Source of the DNA: Lama guanicoe
Taxonomy: Eukaryota
Direction: 5' to 3'
NCBI GenBank assembly: GCA_013239625.1
Contig: MU053881.1
Location: forward strand, 3,803,957 to 3,867,956
Length of the DNA: 64,000 nt
Shown: piece after piece, positions 62,406 to 64,000 of the stretch
Position numbering within the stretch: the first letter of the stretch is position 1
How the letters are laid out: each line of letters starts with the position of its first letter
Notes under the pieces: generated by a model
Seen by the model: the letters and a program-made list of their open reading frames with translations, nothing else
What the model was told of the DNA's origin: nothing
The model's database searches: none
Translations under genes and position numbers: made by a program

Positions 62406-62859
62406 GAAAAGTGTATTCATCCTTCCATTCATTCAAACAAAAATAGATGCATTTTCTCCCTAAGCCTCAGCCAGTTCATTCATTCACTCATTCAAATAAG
62501 AAAAAATGATCTTAAAGATAGGAATGATCATTTGTATTTCACTGGGATGTTGTAAGGTTTACACAAATCCATCCATGGAAATAGAAACTTCATTTAAAAG
62601 TGACACATTCATAAAATGGGTGTTCCCATGTTACATATTCCCCAAAGGAGGAAGCATCCTCCTTTATCCCCTCCTCCTCCCCCTCCCCACAAAGTTTCCT
62701 AAAGTCTTCTACTTCTTTACACATTCCAATTCTGGCCTCTACTCAAACCACTCAGGCAGCAGACCTGCAGAGTCAAAATAAGTCAAGACAGACCTGAAAG
62801 CCAGGAAGGTAAGCACCCAAGTGAATCAGAAGAGAACGGGGTGTGTCAGCCCCCGAGAC

Positions 62860-63365
62860 TAGGATAGCGGGAATAGTACCCTGGCCTTGGCGTCAGACAC
62901 AGCTGGCGGTGAGCCCCAGCTCACCCCTCCATGGCTCTGCGACCTTGGAGAAGGCTTGCAACCCCTCTGAGCCTCCATTTCCTCATCTGGAAAACCGAAA
63001 GCCCAGTTCAATGAGCTCATGTGATTGTTGTACCGATTCTGGGAAGTAACAAAGGTGGTAGCGATAATGATGATGATGATGATAATTAATTATAATAATA
63101 ATTATTATTATTACTCACACATTTATGGACTGCTTGCTCTGTTCCAGGCACTGTTTTGTATGACTTAGGTGCTTTATGCTATTTAATCCTCATAATTACC
63201 TGATGAGATAGTAACTATTACGGCCCCATTTTACCGGCAAGGAAACAGACCAAGAGGGTCCCAAAAACCTGCCAAAATCACACAGCTGGGAGTGGCAGAG
63301 CCTGGATTCCAGCTCTAGCTGTGGGCTCCAGAGCCTGTCTTTTGAGCCAGTACTCCGTATTTCTC
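62860..63365. mobile_element. Two MIRs tail-to-tail (+ then -) around a (GAT/ATT)n tract
   Basis: 'ctctgagcctccatttcctcatctggaaaa', then antisense 'atttaatcctcataattacc...cccattttacc...cacacagct..gagtggcagagcctggattc'. Confidence 0.85.
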
Positions 63366-63866
63366 CCAACAGCAAGGTGGACACAGAGTCTTGGATGTTT
63401 AAGGTGCTCAGAACTGGGGAGCTACACTTAACATTATCATCATATCATCAGCCCACAGGTCATGTTACCAGGTGCCTTGTTGCCACTGCTGTCGGGAGGG
63501 GCCTGGGACCCATGTCTGGCCAGCATGCTGGTGGCCAGCAGCACCCGTGGCTCTGTTTTTCAGGCCTAGAGGACAGCCTTCATTCTAATTTTGGAACCGA
63601 GATGTTTAAGGCCATGCCTCTGAGTAACAGGATCTTCTCTGCAATGTAGATTCCAATCTGTAGCTTTATTAAATGTGGAACCTCATCCCAGGAATCAAGA
63701 AGACACTGCTCTTCCTCCTAACTGTACACTCTCAGATGTTTCTCATTTCTGGAAGATTGGAGTCAGTTGGTTTTAAGTGAATGCTTCCCTTGTCTGTGAC
63801 TGATGTTATAGCCCCTACAGAGATTGCAGTTTCCAAACTGTTTGAATCAAATAAAATGGTTTTAGT

Positions 63867-63910
63867 GCACACACACACACACAAAGAATATAACCATATA
63901 TATATATATA
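63867..63910. repeat. (CA)n and (TA)n microsatellites
   Basis: Directly visible. Confidence 0.9.
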
Positions 63911-64000
63911 GTCCTATTTCTATTTTTTTAAAATATATTTACCAGGAGAATACTTCACTTCTTGAACATCAAGGAATCAGGAGTCTTCCCTGGGCAGAGT

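Noticed and set aside
1..64000. Assignment to a named locus or neighbouring gene
   Set aside because: No exon or other diagnostic sequence is present; it needs alignment to a reference genome.

Overview
This is mammalian, not microbial, DNA and is almost certainly camelid (camel, alpaca or vicuna). The evidence is five copies of a tRNA-derived SINE matching the camelid Vic-1 type, young L1 3' ends, a short Tigger1 derivative and ERV1 solo LTRs. I find no credible protein-coding exon: the ORF track contains only chance ORFs and L1 ORF2 remnants. The window looks like a MIR/L2-rich gene desert or large intron, roughly half interspersed repeats (MIR, L2, L1, MaLR/ERV LTRs, hAT and Tigger DNA transposons). 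Between the repeats lie about ten repeat-free islands with clustered transcription-factor motifs that look like conserved enhancers. Best leads: (1) a 126-bp ungapped hairpin at 39695-39820; (2) a 41-bp MER63-derived micro-transposon with both TIRs and a degenerate TSD; (3) one L1-endonuclease site used twice, leaving three TSD copies; (4) a twin-primed L1; (5) a candidate exon whose splice donor arises from a copy-specific change in an L1; (6) the candidate enhancer array. Repeat family names come from my recollection of consensus sequences, not from a database run. Boundaries of old repeats are approximate.
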